From NCBI GenBank assembly GCA_964016885.1, contig OZ024741.1, forward strand, positions 172,980,001-173,044,000: DNA of 64,000 bases, given 5' to 3'. Source of the stretch: Eledone cirrhosa. Its lineage: Eukaryota. This document shows, piece by piece, positions 25,870 to 39,639 of the stretch. Within the stretch, counting starts at the first letter, position 1, and the number at the start of each line of letters is the position of its first letter. A program made the translations under genes and the position numbers. A model generated the notes under the pieces. That model saw only the letters and a list, made by a program, of their open reading frames with translations. It ran no database searches and was not told the origin of the DNA.

Positions 25870-28560
25870 AAGGCATATTAAACTTAGCACTAGTGGACAT
25901 TGCTGAGTTTTTGAGTATCAGGTATTTGGAGGCCATGGATTTAGCGTAGTGTGAGTGGAGAATTTGGGCTCTCTCGTCTATAGTGTTAATCCAGAGTCGC
26001 GTGTCTAATGTAGGTAGTCTATTGTTAGGGTGTTTGGAAGGGTAGTCGATAGTTACAGTTATACTCTGGTATATGGTGTTAGCTATCTGCTGGATGCTTT
26101 CCATTGTGCTACATTCTAAATCATATTTGTTAGTACTCTCTTGTGGGGGTGTCCTTATTACTATATTAATGTCGTCTACATAACCAGAGTACATGATGAG
26201 GTCTATGGAGCTCTTATCAAGGAGATCTTTGAGTCTCTTTTCCCACCATACCATAAAAAGGTTGGCAACGTCACCAGCTATGCTGACGCCAATGGCTGCT
26301 TCCTCATTTTGGGTGTAGATCTTTTCGTTGAATTTGAATATGTGGCCCTTTAGGGTAGTTTTAATACTAACCCCTATTGCATGCGCGACCATTTTTCTTA
26401 CCTGATCATTGTTTTGGGGGGGGTCCGTATGGCTTTGGTCCACCCAATCCACCTTCCCATGGGAGTCTTTTTTGCATCTCCACACATTTTTCCACAGCAA
26501 AATCAATGTTAATGGATGGGTATAGTGATACCACATCCAGACTGCCTATTATGCAGTTAGACAGGTTTTTGTTTTTGTTGCATTCATTAATTCTGCTGAG
26601 GTGGTCCTCTGTACTGTCACATACATCTGGGGGACATCTTGATGGGGCGTATAACCATTGGTCGTATAACCATATGGGGCGTATAACCATTGAGAGGAAG
26701 TAGGAGATCCTGTAGTTGCTAGCGATATTGGCTCCGCATACAGGTCTTGTTGGTGGTCCTGTTGTCGGGTCCTCGACTGTCTTATGGTCTTAGCGGAGCC
26801 CATACAAGGGTGGTATGTCATTGTTAGACGGTTGGAAGTTGTTGGCAGTGCGTCTGCTTGGCTTTAGGATGTCGGTCCACATCATCATGTGAGCGTTGAG
26901 GATCTTCTCTCTCCCTTCATGTATTTGTTGTGTAATTTCGATCGTGTTGGTGATGTGAGGTTGCATAGCCTTGATGTAGTTCGGCATTCTGTCTATTGAC
27001 ATCCTACCAGACTTATCTGTGGGTAGACACGCTACCTCACCATCCCTTGTGCGCTGCTTGAGGCTAACTAAGCCTTCTACAAGTTTCCTTCCAAGTTGTT
27101 GGACCTCTGGTCTGCTTTGTCACTCAGTATATCGGTCTACTATTTGTTTAATCGTATTTCTAGCTATGGTGAACTGTGCCTCTGTCTCATCATCTATTTG
27201 TTGTGGTATACTAACCTTTTTATTAAAGGGTAACCTCGTAGGATAAATTTTACTCATCTTATATGTTTTGTCAGCTGGGTTGAAGAATAGTTTCTCTAAG
27301 GGATTGTCATTATATCTATCGCCATAGTTGTGTGTGTTGCTATTATTGTTATTATGGTTGTTGTTGTTCCTACCATTAACATTATTGTTATTGTTAAATA
27401 AAAAATAAATAAATAAATAAATTAAATAAATAAATAAAGAAAGAAAGAAAGAATAAAGAAATAAAGAATAAAGTAATCATTAGTGTTATGATTGCTAGAT
27501 GTTTTGTTGTTATTATTGTTAGATGTATTGTTGTTGTTTTCTCTATTGTTATTATTGTTGTTACTGTTATTTTTACCATTGTGGTTGTTACTTTTATTAT
27601 TATGTTTCTTATTTGTTGTTGTTGTTGTTGTGTTTCTGTCTATCATTAATGTTGCTACTCGTATTATTTCCATTATTACTACTGTTGTTGTTGTTGTTGT
27701 TACTCGTATTATTTCCATTATTACTACTGTTGTTGTTGTTGTTACTCGTATTATTTCCATTATTACTACTGTTGTTGTTGTTGTGTCTATCATTAATGTT
27801 GCTACTCGTATTATTTGCATTATTACTACTGTGGTTGTTGTAGTTGTGTCTGTCGTTAATGTTTCCATTATTAAATGCACTGGTTAATAGCTGGCCTTGT
27901 GCCTAAAGTAGAAACAATTATTATTACTACTGTGGTTGTTGTTGTTCTGCCTATCGTTAATATTAGTACCACTATTATTATTACTATTTCTCACTCTCCT
28001 GCTATTGTCATTGTTATGACTATTACTATTACAGCTGTTATTTCTATACTCAGAGTTATTGTTTATATTACTATTATCGTTATTGTTGTTGTTGTCCGTA
28101 TAGTTGTTGTTGTTGTTTACTTTTGCATTCCAACGTATTTTTGTGAAACACTTTTCCAGCTCCGTTTTACACTCGATTGGATTTATCTTTTTGTAGATAG
28201 CAAATTTCGGTGGGAGCTGTAGAGCTTGTTGTTCTTGTTCATTGATTAAAGTGTTCCCATAAATATTTATTGTATGGTCTTTGGTAAATTCTGCCGGTAA
28301 TGCTACGTCTGTCATACGGACATTGTTGATGTTATCTGGGTATTTTTGTAAATTTTCTATTTTCCTTTCTTCGTGTTTTTTTCTTCTTCATCCATTCTAA
28401 TTTCATATTGAAATGTCTATTGCATTCGTTTTGAGCATATTTTGTTTCATGTCGAATGATACTTATGAGTTCATCTATCTCGTTTGGTGTGGTGAGATTT
28501 TGAACTTCCTTAACGTTAACGCGTTTCTGTTCGTTAACTTTTGTATATGTTATTCTTTTC
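25870..28560 (-). mobile_element. Penelope-like element, 5' part (N-terminus with Asn-rich insert + RT), 3'-truncated
   Basis: ALQLPPKFAIY..ELEKCFTKIRW, PPLYGLR, SLDVVSLYPSI and AAIGVSIAGDVANLFM..YVDD. Confidence 0.85.
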
Positions 28561-28562
28561 AT

Positions 28563-28748
28563 ATTTGTTTCTACTTTTGGCACCAGGCCAGCAATTATCC
28601 CAGAGCATTACTGGTACTTTATTTTATCGACCCTGTAAGGATGAAAGGCAAAGTTAACCTCGGTTGGATTTGAACTCAGATCATAAAGGGAGGTAACTCT
28701 ATGCTTCAAAGCATGGCGCCCAACCGATACTGCCAATCCACCGCCCTT
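28563..28748 (-). mobile_element. tRNA/Nin-like SINE
   Basis: A-box tggcagtatcgg and B-box gagttcaaatcc on the minus strand. Confidence 0.8.
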
Positions 28749-28796
28749 TTCATATTGACTGTTAATGTGTATTTTAGTCGTTCAGCTTGTGTTTTG

Positions 28797-31500
28797 TTTA
28801 ATAAAAGGGTTTGTATATCACAACAAATAGATGACGAGACAGAGGCACAGTTCACCAAAGCTAGAAATAAGATTAAACAAATACTAAGAGACAAAGCAGA
28901 CCAGAGGTCAAACAACTTGGAAGGAAACCTGTAGAAGGCTTAGTTAGCCTCAAGCAGCGCACAAGGGAGGGTGAGGTAGTGTGTTACCCACAGATAAGTC
29001 TAGTAGGATGTCAATAGACAGAATGCCGAACTACATCAAGGCTATGCAACCCCTACATCACCAACACGAGCGAAATTACATAACAAACACATGAGGGGAG
29101 AGAGAAGATCCTCAACGCTCACATGATGATGTGGACCGACATGCTAAAGCCAACAACTTCCAGGCGTCTAACAATGACATACCACCCTTCTATGGGCTCC
29201 GCAAAGACCATAAGACCTGTATGCGGAGCCAATATCGCTAGCAACTACAGGATCTCTTACTTCCTCTCAATGGTTATACGCCCCATAATCAAGATGTCCC
29301 CAGATGTATGTGACAGTACAGAGGACGTCCTCAGCAGAATCAATGAATGCAACAAAAACAAAAACCTGTCTAACTGCATAATAGGCAGTCTGGATGTGGT
29401 ATCACTATACCCATCCATTAACATTGATTTTGCTGTGGAAAAATGTGTGGAGATGATCAGTGAGAGTGAGGTGGAGTTCAGCGACGTTGACACGGACGAA
29501 CTGGGCCTCCTACTTAGACTTACCTATGACACCGACTACCTAGACAGCCATGGCCTTAGCCGTTTCTGCTCCAGTATACCCTTAAAGGGTAGACCAACCC
29601 ACCCCCCACACACACACACACCATTATGGCAAAAAAGACTCCCATGGGAAGGTGGATTGGGTGGACTCCCTAAAACAATGATCAGGTAAGAAAAATGGTC
29701 GCGCATGCAATAGGGGTTAGTATTAAAACTACCCTAAAGGGCCACATATTCAAATTCAACGAAAAGATCTACACCCAAAATGAGGGAGCAGCCATTGGCG
29801 TCAGCATAGCTGGTGACGTTGCCAACCATTTTATGGTATGGTGGGAAAAGCGACTCAAAGATCTCCTTGATGAGATTTCCATAGACCTCATCATGTACTC
29901 TCGTTACGTAGTAGACGACATTAATATAGTAATAAGGACACCCCCACAAGAGAGTACTAACAAGTATGATTTAGAATGTAGCACAATGGAAAGCATCCAG
30001 CAGATAGCTAACTCCATACACCAGAGTATAACTGTAACTATCGACTACCCTTCCAAACACCCTAACAGTAGACTACCTGTATTAGACATGGAACTCTGGA
30101 TTAATACTATAGACGAGAGGGCCCAAATTCTCCACTCACACTACGCTAAACCCATAGCCTCCAAATACCTGATACTCAAAATCTCAGCAATGTCCACTAG
30201 TGCTAAGTTTAATATTCTGATCGCAGACTTGGTACGAGTGATGGAGAACGTGTCCCGCATGTGCGACCCAACAGAAATGGAAAGACACGTCCAACACTTC
30301 ATCAACTGCATGCATTTCTCTGGCTACAACCAAAGAGATAGAATCGGAGTATACAAAGGAGCCACGGAGAAGTATAAGACCCTCATAGAACTGGACATGA
30401 AAGGAATTTACCCATTATACAGGAGCAAATCATGGAATAGCTTAGATAGGACTAAACATAAGATAGGGAAAGCCACCTCATGGCACGACAACCAAAGATA
30501 CCAGAGTGTCATGGTCGTGGACGCTACCCCTGGAAGGAAATTAGCTAACCAGTGTAGAAAGGCCCTGAGAAAGACCCACTTAAAGATTAAAGTGGTAGAA
30601 AAGCCAGGAACTACCATAAAATCCCTGATCAGCAAAACATACTTTTTTAAGAAAACCCACTGTACTAATAGGAAATGTGTTATATGTAAAGTAAACTCCC
30701 AGATAAACTGTAAAACACAAAACGTAGTCTATAGCATAAGATGTACAGAGGGTACTTGTAGAAACATGACAACAACATACATAGGCGAGACAGCTCGTAG
30801 CATAGGTGAAAGGATAGACCAACACTGGGGGAACAAAAGGACGAAAAAACGGTTCAGTACTATACGAACACGCCAGAAAACAACATGACGATAACATAGA
30901 CAACATAGAAATTAAAATAATATCTAAACATAGAAATGACCCAGCAGATAGGCAAATCAGAGAGGCAAGCAGAATAGAGCTTAGAAGGCCAAAGCTAAAC
31001 AGAAAAAATGAATTAAATAACAACACCCAAACAAACAATACTGACTTATGAGAAATATAAGTAAATAAATATATATATACAAGCACAATAACAACAAACA
31101 CATATAAACACACACTAGTAAACTAAGATAGAATACAATAACCGAAACACAGTCACCTAATCAATAACACACACCAAACACTATACACACACGCAAAAGC
31201 ATGCGCAAAGAAGACAAAAATAAATAAATAAATAAACAGACAAAATTAAAATGGCGTAGATATACAATACAACAGTAGGAACATAATAGTACCACTGATG
31301 ATGTTGCAAATGTGCAACGAAAGAATTTTGTTAGACTATATATTTGTGTTTATATCTATATTATATCTGTATTTTTGACCGTTGGTCAGTCAATGGTAAA
31401 CATTGAGGACAGAATGAATTAATTGTGGAGATATAAAAGATACAGATGCAAAAACCAACCAAACAGTGAGTGTGTTCTGATATTATTTCTGGCAATATTA
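28797..31500 (+). mobile_element. Penelope-like element (tentatively Nematis-like), 5'-truncated, RT + GIY-YIG, frameshifted
   Basis: ORFs 29123-29689 and 29695-30888: IRPVC, SLDVVSLYPS, GAAIG, RYVVDD, C-x4-CxxC linker, VVYSIRC..YIGETARSIGERI..H. A hammerhead motif lies in the 3' region. Confidence 0.9.
31287..31340 (+). ncRNA. PLE-associated hammerhead, partly degenerate
   Basis: CTGATGA-t-gttgca-aatg-tgcaac-GAAA. Stems I and III are imperfect. Confidence 0.55.
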
Positions 31501-31791
31501 TTACAACAATATAACCCTCCCCAAGTATAACCCCGGAGTCTTACTGGTTCCTATTACCCACTCTACTACCCTAAGTATTGAGTACTTTGGTGCGTTATGG
31601 TCCACCTGGTTCCTTACCACATTTCCTTCGTTATATATATATATATATATGTCCGCGCCTTGCTTTCTGCCTTTGCACACGGCACTAGACAAGATTGTTA
31701 CTTCTCTCATTCACTCTCATTCGGGAACAGTTTTGTATGGCGCCAGTTTGTGATTTGAACTCGAGAATTTTATATTCTCCGAGTCAGAAAA

Positions 31792-31873
31792 GCCTTCTGA
31801 CGAAGATCTCTTTCTCAATGGAAATCCGCTTGGATTATCTGTTTATTTTGGGATCAGAAACCGCGGTAAAGGC
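31792..31873 (+). ncRNA. Type I hammerhead with extended stem II, in a (TA)n-terminated element (about 31690-31945)
   Basis: gcctt-CTGACGA-a-gatctc..gggatc-a-GAAA-ccgcgg-TA-aaggc. Homologous to 61814-61897. Confidence 0.78.
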
Positions 31874-31960
31874 ACATATAGTAAGTACAGTAAACCTTTT
31901 GAAATTTATCTTAAAACTTTTTCTCTATTTGCTAAACCTTGATTTTATATATATATATAT

Positions 31961-33214
31961 ATATTAGAAAGATCGAGTATCGAAAAATCGGCGCACGAGT
32001 TCACGATAAACAAAATTCGAAATGAGCGGCAGAGGGCTCAATAATTCAGATGAATCAGAGCTATAACTATCGTTAAAATACCGTCACATATAGAACAAGT
32101 CTACAATCAACCATACGATAAAAAATCGATAAAGGAAGATTCGGGACAAACAGATAAAAAATATCAATAAAACAATACATCAATAATTTAAATGAATGTA
32201 AAATCATACCCGGACCCACTAGAAAGGTGTTAAATCTAGCTTCATGGGTTTCTGTAAATCCTTAGACTGTACTCTATCAGCTCACATATAAATATAAAAG
32301 CCTACTAGAGTAAGCGGAACGGAGTTTACTTTCTCAACGAGCTTTTTTCCTAGCGGAAAAGGGGCTAACTACCAGTGAAAAACGCACATGGCATTAGACA
32401 AGGGAGATAACCCCTATATCCGCGAAAACAATTCGAGGGAATGTGGAAATACACATATCGAATAAGAGTGCTCAATAGACATGTTAAAATAAAACAAAAG
32501 CTATTCATCACTCAATAGAATCGACAAAAAATGAGCAATAAAATTAACTGGTGGATAGCTATGTCCAGAGCTAAAAATATTAGAAAGATCGAGTATCGAA
32601 AAATCGGCGCACGAGTTCACGATAAACAAAATTCGAAATGAGCGGCAGAGGGCTCAATAATTCAGATGAATCAGAGCTATAACTATCGTTAAAATACCGT
32701 CACATATAGAACAAGTCTACAATCAACCATACGATAAAAAATCGATAAAGGAAGATTCGGGACAAACAGATAAAAAATATCAATAAAACAATACATCAAT
32801 AATTTAAATGAATGTAAAATCATACCCGGACCCACTAGAAAGGTGTTAAATCTAGCTTCATGGGTTTCTGTAAATCCTTAGACTGTACTCTATCAGCTCA
32901 CATATAAATATAAAAGCCTACTAGAGTAAGCGGAACGGAGTTTACTTTCTCAACGAGCTTTTTTCCTAGCGGAAAAGGGGCTAACTACCAGTGAGAAACG
33001 CACATGGCATTAGACAAGGGAGATAACCCCTATATCCGCGAAAACAATTCGAGGGAATGTGGAAATACACATATCGAATAAGAGTGCTCAATAGACATGT
33101 TAAAATAAAACAAAAGCTATTCATCACTCAATAGAATCGACAAAAAATGAGCAATAAAATTAACTGGTGGATAGCTATGTCCAGAGCTAAAAATATTAGA
33201 AAGATCGAGTATCG
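31961..33214. repeat. 616-bp tandem dimer plus 22-bp terminal redundancy between (TA)n tracts
   Basis: atattagaaagatcgagtatcg occurs at 31961, 32577 and 33193. One difference seen (A32379/G32995). Confidence 0.95.
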
Positions 33215-33330
33215 TATATATATATATATATATATACACATACATACATACATACATACATACATACATACATACATACATACATACATACATACATACA
33301 TACATACATACATACATACATACATACATA

Positions 33331-36300
33331 CAAAAGATACACAGCCTTAATGTGAGTGACAGACCATACAACACTAGAGTGAGTAAAGAACCCACTAAAT
33401 TGGAATTGGAAGCGGTGAACGAAATAGCTGGCAATTATCTGAAGGCTATACGATCTAAAGGTGTAGAAACGACATTTGAAACGCTTAATATTTTGTTATA
33501 TGTTTCAGCTGTCACATTGCTATCATATAACACACATCTAAAACCACGCAATCAAGATACAAACAAAAAGCCTGAACCAGCGTGGATGCGAAATTTAAAA
33601 ACCAAAATTTTGTCCCTGAAACGAAGTATCTCACACATCGCAGTCGTTATGAAATGCAGCATAGAGAGCAACTTCACACGACACCAGGAAGACCTAAAAA
33701 AAAGTTAGAGAGACGATTTGGAGATACAAAATTTAAAACTTTGAACTCCAAATTACACCAGTTGAAATAACAACTCACAGCTACAACAGAAAGACTAAAA
33801 TATAAGTCAACAGCACATAAACGACAAGCGCTAAATAGATTGTTTGACAGAGATCTTAAATCAGTTTATCGCAGCTTCGGTGGCAAAAGCTCAATCCCTG
33901 TAAATGACACCCCTTCAAAAGAACAGGTTGAGAGCTATTAGAGATCTGTATGGGAAACGGATGACGGTTTCAACAGTCAAACTAATTGGCTAAAAGAACT
34001 GGAACAGTACTACTGCCAACATGTCCAGACAAAACAATATGACATAGATGGGTCAATACTGGAAACAGCTCTACAGAAAATGGCAAATAGGAAATCACCA
34101 GGCCCAGGCCCATTACAAGATACTGGTTGAAGAATTTCACTTTCTATCGGCAAGATCTCATACGGCTGTTTACAGAAACCATTAAAGGCACACAAGAACT
34201 GCCCAGATGGTTATCAACTGCCACTACTCTCCTCATTCCCCAAAATAGCCAAACCACCCTTGCTAAAAATTACCGCCCAATAGCCTGCCAAAACATCATG
34301 TATAAATTATATACTGGGTGCCTTAACCTGTTCTTACAGGATCACTGTGCTACCAACAACATCATAACACCTGAGCAAGTTGGTGGAAAGAGGAAGGTGT
34401 GGGGTTGCATAGATCACCTACTAACTAATAAAATGATTCAAGAAAAAACAACAAAGAATCGCAGAAACATGACTGTGGTGTGGCTGGACTATCAAAAAAG
34501 CATTTGATAGTGTACCTCTTGGGTGGATTGTTAAGGCTTTACAGTTAGCCAAGATCCCACAACCACTGGTAGCTGCTGTTGAACGTCTGACCAAGAACTG
34601 GTACACCAATTTGATCCTTAGAGGTGAGAAGGAGCAAGTTAAGACTGATAAGATACATTACCAGAAGGGCATCTTTCAGGGTGATAGCTTGTCAGCGCTA
34701 CTCTTCATTCTCTCACTAAATCCACTATCTTACCTACTCAGGAAACAAAGTGGACAAAGAAGTGGGTCCAGAAGTATCTCCCATCTTTTCTTTGTTGATG
34801 ACCTGAAGTTGTATTTGGCCAAATATCAATGACATCAAGAAAAAATTGGACCTCATTACACAATTTTCAACAGACATCAAAATGAAATTTGGTGAGTCCA
34901 AGTGTGCATATTTGGCAGTAAAACGTGGAAGAGCTGGCCCTCCTCTAGAAATCTAGAGATGAACGGCCTGACAATACAACCTCTACAGTCAGGTGACAAC
35001 TACAGATATCTTGGACAGGATGAGAATGTCAGATATGATGGACCCATAAATAAGGAGAGAACCAGAACTGAATACCTCAGAAGAGTAAAGAAAATATGGT
35101 CATCAGAACTGTCAGCGTACAACAAATACATTGCCCACAATACTTATGCTGTGCCAATTCTAACGCTAACATTTGGCCTGCTGAACTGGTCATTGCAAGA
35201 ACTAAGTGAGATGGATGTTAGAACTCGCAAACTTCTCAGTGTTACTGGGAACTTTAATATCAATGGTGATGTGGATAGGCTATACCTCTCACGCAAGGAA
35301 GGTGTCCGGGGTCTAAAATCCATATTAACATCATATGAGACCCGGATAGTAACACTGAAGCAACACCTGCAACCGAGGAAAAAGGTTGGCAACCATCTTG
35401 CCCAGGTTTATGAGCATGAAAAAAAATATATCATTAGAATAGCGACTGATACTGATCTGGAGGAGAGATATGGAATAAAGCCTGATATAAATCTCTCACC
35501 CAGAGAAATCGGAAGATCCTATTCAATGTTCAAACAAGATCAAAAAATTGACCAATTTACAGAAAAAGTTGTGCATGGATACTTGAGACGTAAAACACAG
35601 ACCATAGAGGGGATAAACCACTCAAAAAGCCTGGCATGGAGTTCCGACAAGTTTATGACATCACACCTTGAGGAATATCTCTATGCAATACAGGAACAAG
35701 AACTCCCTACCAAATATCTGCTACACAAAAGGGGAGGGCCATCAGCTGACAATAAATGTAGGCTATGTAAAACAAAGATCGAGGATGTAAGCCACATTGT
35801 TGCCAGCTGCGAAAGAATGTCATCTCGCTACTACCTACCCATGAGATACGATGGGATAGCTAGAACCATCTGGAACGCACTTCGGAAAACAAAATTAACA
35901 ACAAACGAGGAAGAATATATTGAGACAGATGGCACTAAGGAATACTGGTGGAACCTGAAAATAAAAACTGCCACCAAATTAAAGCACAACCGGCCTGATA
36001 TTGTTGTTTGGGACCATACATTGAAAACGTGTTCTGTTGTGGAGATCAGCTGCCCACTTGATGTAAACGTTGTCAGAAAAATACAGGAGAAGGAGGACAT
36101 CTACGGACCATTGATTAGGAGTTTGCAAATCCAGTATCCAAGATACACTTTTAGCTTCATACCCATCATTATTGGAGCTACGGGTTATATACCAACCCGT
36201 TTGGACCAAAGTATGACTGAACTTGGATTTGCGGACAAAGAGCTCAGCTCCCTAATTCATAGTCTACAAATGGCTGCGATAGCTGGCACCTTCAAAATTT

Positions 36301-36410
36301 GCAAATCATTCTTGCGATTCAAGGGATGACAATTTCTTTTCTTTTACAACCTTGCCACCAGGAAGGTGGCCGGTCAAAAGAATATACTCGAAATTAATAG
36401 AAAGAGATAA
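33331..36410 (+). mobile_element. R4/Dong LINE D2, long 5'-truncated copy (RT + CCHC + RLE, frameshifted)
   Basis: [46 protein letters not shown] and HNRPD..EISCP. Flanked by (CATA)n. Confidence 0.93.
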
Positions 36411-36411
36411 C

Positions 36412-36518
<107 letters not shown>

Positions 36519-36637
36519 TTGAAATTTGTATGAGTCCACAACACTTCTGGTAACATAACGCATGTTTATACCAAATTTGAAGAAAATCGGTTGCAAACTG
36601 TAGAAGTTATGTGGGTACGGACACACACATCATCAGT

Positions 36638-36686
<49 letters not shown>

Positions 36687-36715
36687 TTAACAGTGAGATT
36701 TAGTTAACGTGTTGA

Positions 36716-36795
36716 GCACTACTGAGGAACGATGCCAACCGTGACTAACCCCACTGAAAAGTTTCCTGAAATAGTCTTTTAAGACTATATAGTGC
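36716..36795 (+). ncRNA. Type I hammerhead (stem II base degenerate) in an ~360-bp (TA)n-flanked segment 36683-37045
   Basis: gcacta-CTGAGGA..GAAA-tagtct-ttta-agacta-TA-tagtgc, with perfect stems I and III. Confidence 0.65.
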
Positions 36796-38559
36796 ATTTG
36801 TAGATTTCCCCAAATTGAAAACTAAGTATTTCGTTCTTGATTTTATTTTGAGTTAAGATCGTATGGTTTTTTCCCCAGCTTACACAAAATCTGAGGATAA
36901 AATTTTTCTTCTTGACTTGTTTTGAATTAGGATGAATTATTTATCCCATATCTTACGTTAACAATTGTTCATCTTCAGGCTATAGTCACTTATATGTCTG
37001 AATTATTGTCGGCTTTTTGCTTACATTAATTTCTCTATTTTCATTTATATATATAGAGAGAGAGAGAGAGATGCGTGTGTGTATGCAAACATTGCAGCTT
37101 CGCCGGACACACATAACACACACACACACAATCACAGTACCTGTTGTGTGAAAGAGAGAAAGAAAGAGATGTAAGGTTTAGGGGGAGAGTTAAACAGTGC
37201 GTAAAGAATAAATAAATAAAAGTTAAAGTTATCGAACGCTGCTATCATTTTCTCCCCTCCCCAATCCCTCTCACTCTCTTTCTGTCTTTCTCAACCCTCT
37301 CTCTCTCTCTCTTTCTCTCTTTCTCTTTCTCTCTTTCTCTCTTTCTCTCTTTCTCTCTCTCTCTTTCTCTCTTTCTTTTCATACCCTCTCTCTCTCTTTC
37401 TCTCTTTCTCTCTTTCTCTCTCTCTCACTCTCTCATACACCCTCCCTCTTCCTCTACAGGATGGAGAACAATCAAGTACGTTCATTGTCGTCTGTTTTGT
37501 TTGAAATTTCTTTATGTATATTTCTAATAAGTTGTTGCCTCGTTTTGGAGGACTAAGTTGTGGGAAGAGGAAGGAGAATAGTGGGAGGGAGGATTTAACA
37601 TACAGTAGTAGTATCTCCTCTTCCCCCTCTCTCACTGAAACGTCTTCTCTTTCCACTTCCATTGTAAAGATGTGTCCAGGGGTTCTATTATTGATTTTTA
37701 TTGAAATCCAATTAGCCAGTCCTGCTTATGAATATTAGTTTAACATGTGTGTAAAGTTTCATCAGGATCGGATCACTGGTATAGACGCCAACTGGTTATA
37801 CACAGATACATATATACACAGATACACAGACAGACAGAAATTGCCATTTATATAGTAGTTTCAAAAAGCCGGTATAATGCGCTTGAAATATAAAATATAT
37901 AAAGGGAAAAGGGTGACAAATGAAACAAAACAATGTAATCTTTTCGCCGCCGCCAGTACATTTCTGTCACCACAGAGACGACGGAAAGGAAATCGGACAG
38001 TTAAATATCAAGGTGGGGGAGGGGCATTATCATCAACCAGAAGGAAACACAGATAAATAATAGATTGGAAATGCACGAAGCAGATTGGCTCCTATAACGA
38101 CTTCATGCATGTTTAGTTCATACACGTAGACCAGTTAAGGAAGACCACATCGATCATTAGTTTTTATTTTGAACTGTTTTCGTTTCACATTTGAGAAAGA
38201 GGCAATAGCTCTGAAATATGCTGCATAAACATTACTTTGGTTGTTTCATTTGTCATCCTTCTCCTTTATATATTTCTACCGCATTGTATCGGCTTTTTGA
38301 AACTTATCAATCATTTATTCCATATCTCACAAGGCTTCGTATTAACAATACTAGTATATATATATATATATATATACGTTTATTTGTTTATATAAAATCA
38401 AAATAAAATAACATTGTAAAGATATTCATTATATTAGCCAAATCTTTTAAAACTCTAAAGATATTTATTTATTCATTGTATCAGCCAAATTTAACCAGTT
38501 TGTGTTTTATTTTATTTGTTTCTCTTTTTACAAACGATATCTCATGTAGATTATTTTCA

Positions 38560-39300
38560 TATGTTTTACTGTATCAGCTCACCGCCTAATTAATCATTTG
38601 GCAGCCTTACAAACTTCTTTCAAGATGTTGATCAAAGTTCATAAATTGCTACTTCAATTCTACAACACGATGAAATATTTTCTGAAACATTTCACCTTTT
38701 CGAGCGCTTTCTTCCTTGATGTGTTCCTCATCGCCGAATTCATATGCTTGCTGTTGATGATGCTAACGAGATTGCTATCCCTCAACTCTTCATACAGTGA
38801 GTTCAATAATGCCTGCAAATCTGTCGAATCTGCTACACTAAAGCTTAGTTCTAAAAGAATTGACTGGAAAACTCTACAATATCATTTGAGCAATATTGTT
38901 TGATGTCACTCACAGCCATGATTCTCGAATATATTCAGCGGCATTTTTTTATGTTAAATTTATACCAGAAATCGACGAATGACATTAGGTTATCACTCTT
39001 AATAGCTTGTACAACTTGTTCAAAAGAGTTTGTTTTGATTTTTTAAATGAAAATTACAATGACACCAAGATTCATAGATTGCAAAATCAATGTCGTATCT
39101 GGAGGCAAAATATGATTTTAAAATTTTTATTCAATTATTTGTCGCACTTGGTTGGTCAGGCACTTCAACTAAAAGAAGCAAAAGTTTCAAGCCAAGGTTA
39201 TTTTGTATGCCATATCCTTTTAATGATATTAATGGTAGACAGTAAAAGGTCCTGAACCAATTTTTAAAACGTGACCCCCTTTACTCACCCTTTTTTGTGC
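38560..39300 (-). pseudogene. Decayed pogo/Tigger-like DNA transposase fragment
   Basis: Frameshifted II(F)LPPDTTLILQSMNLGVI resembles FLPPNTTS.IQPMDQGVI. Downstream FSVADSTDLQALLNSLYEEL. Confidence 0.6.
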
Positions 39301-39639
39301 ACTAAATGACAAGTAACACTTGCAGACTGTCAGAACTACCACTTGAGATCCTTTTGGGTTCACCGCATCATTCTCTCTTTTCAGTGTGAAGATAAGCTTA
39401 TAGGTTTTCTTTTAATAGTGCAATTATGTTCTGGAATTTGGTTCTGATAGTAGGCTTCTGTCCATATTAAAAATAAGGGTTCTATTTTAATTATGTATTA
39501 TATATTTAATTATGTATTATAAATTTATTTATCCATCTGGTCTCCAGACCTGATTAGATCTTCCTGAGTTTGTATACTATGAACAGTAAATGCATATTCT
39601 TTCTATGGTGAAGGTATGCCAAGACTAGAAACTACTCAG

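Noticed and set aside
37880-38210. Unique-looking sequence here and at 43200-43400 and 44065-44220 as possible host exons or promoter
   Set aside because: No supportable ORF, splice pattern or recognisable homology from sequence alone.
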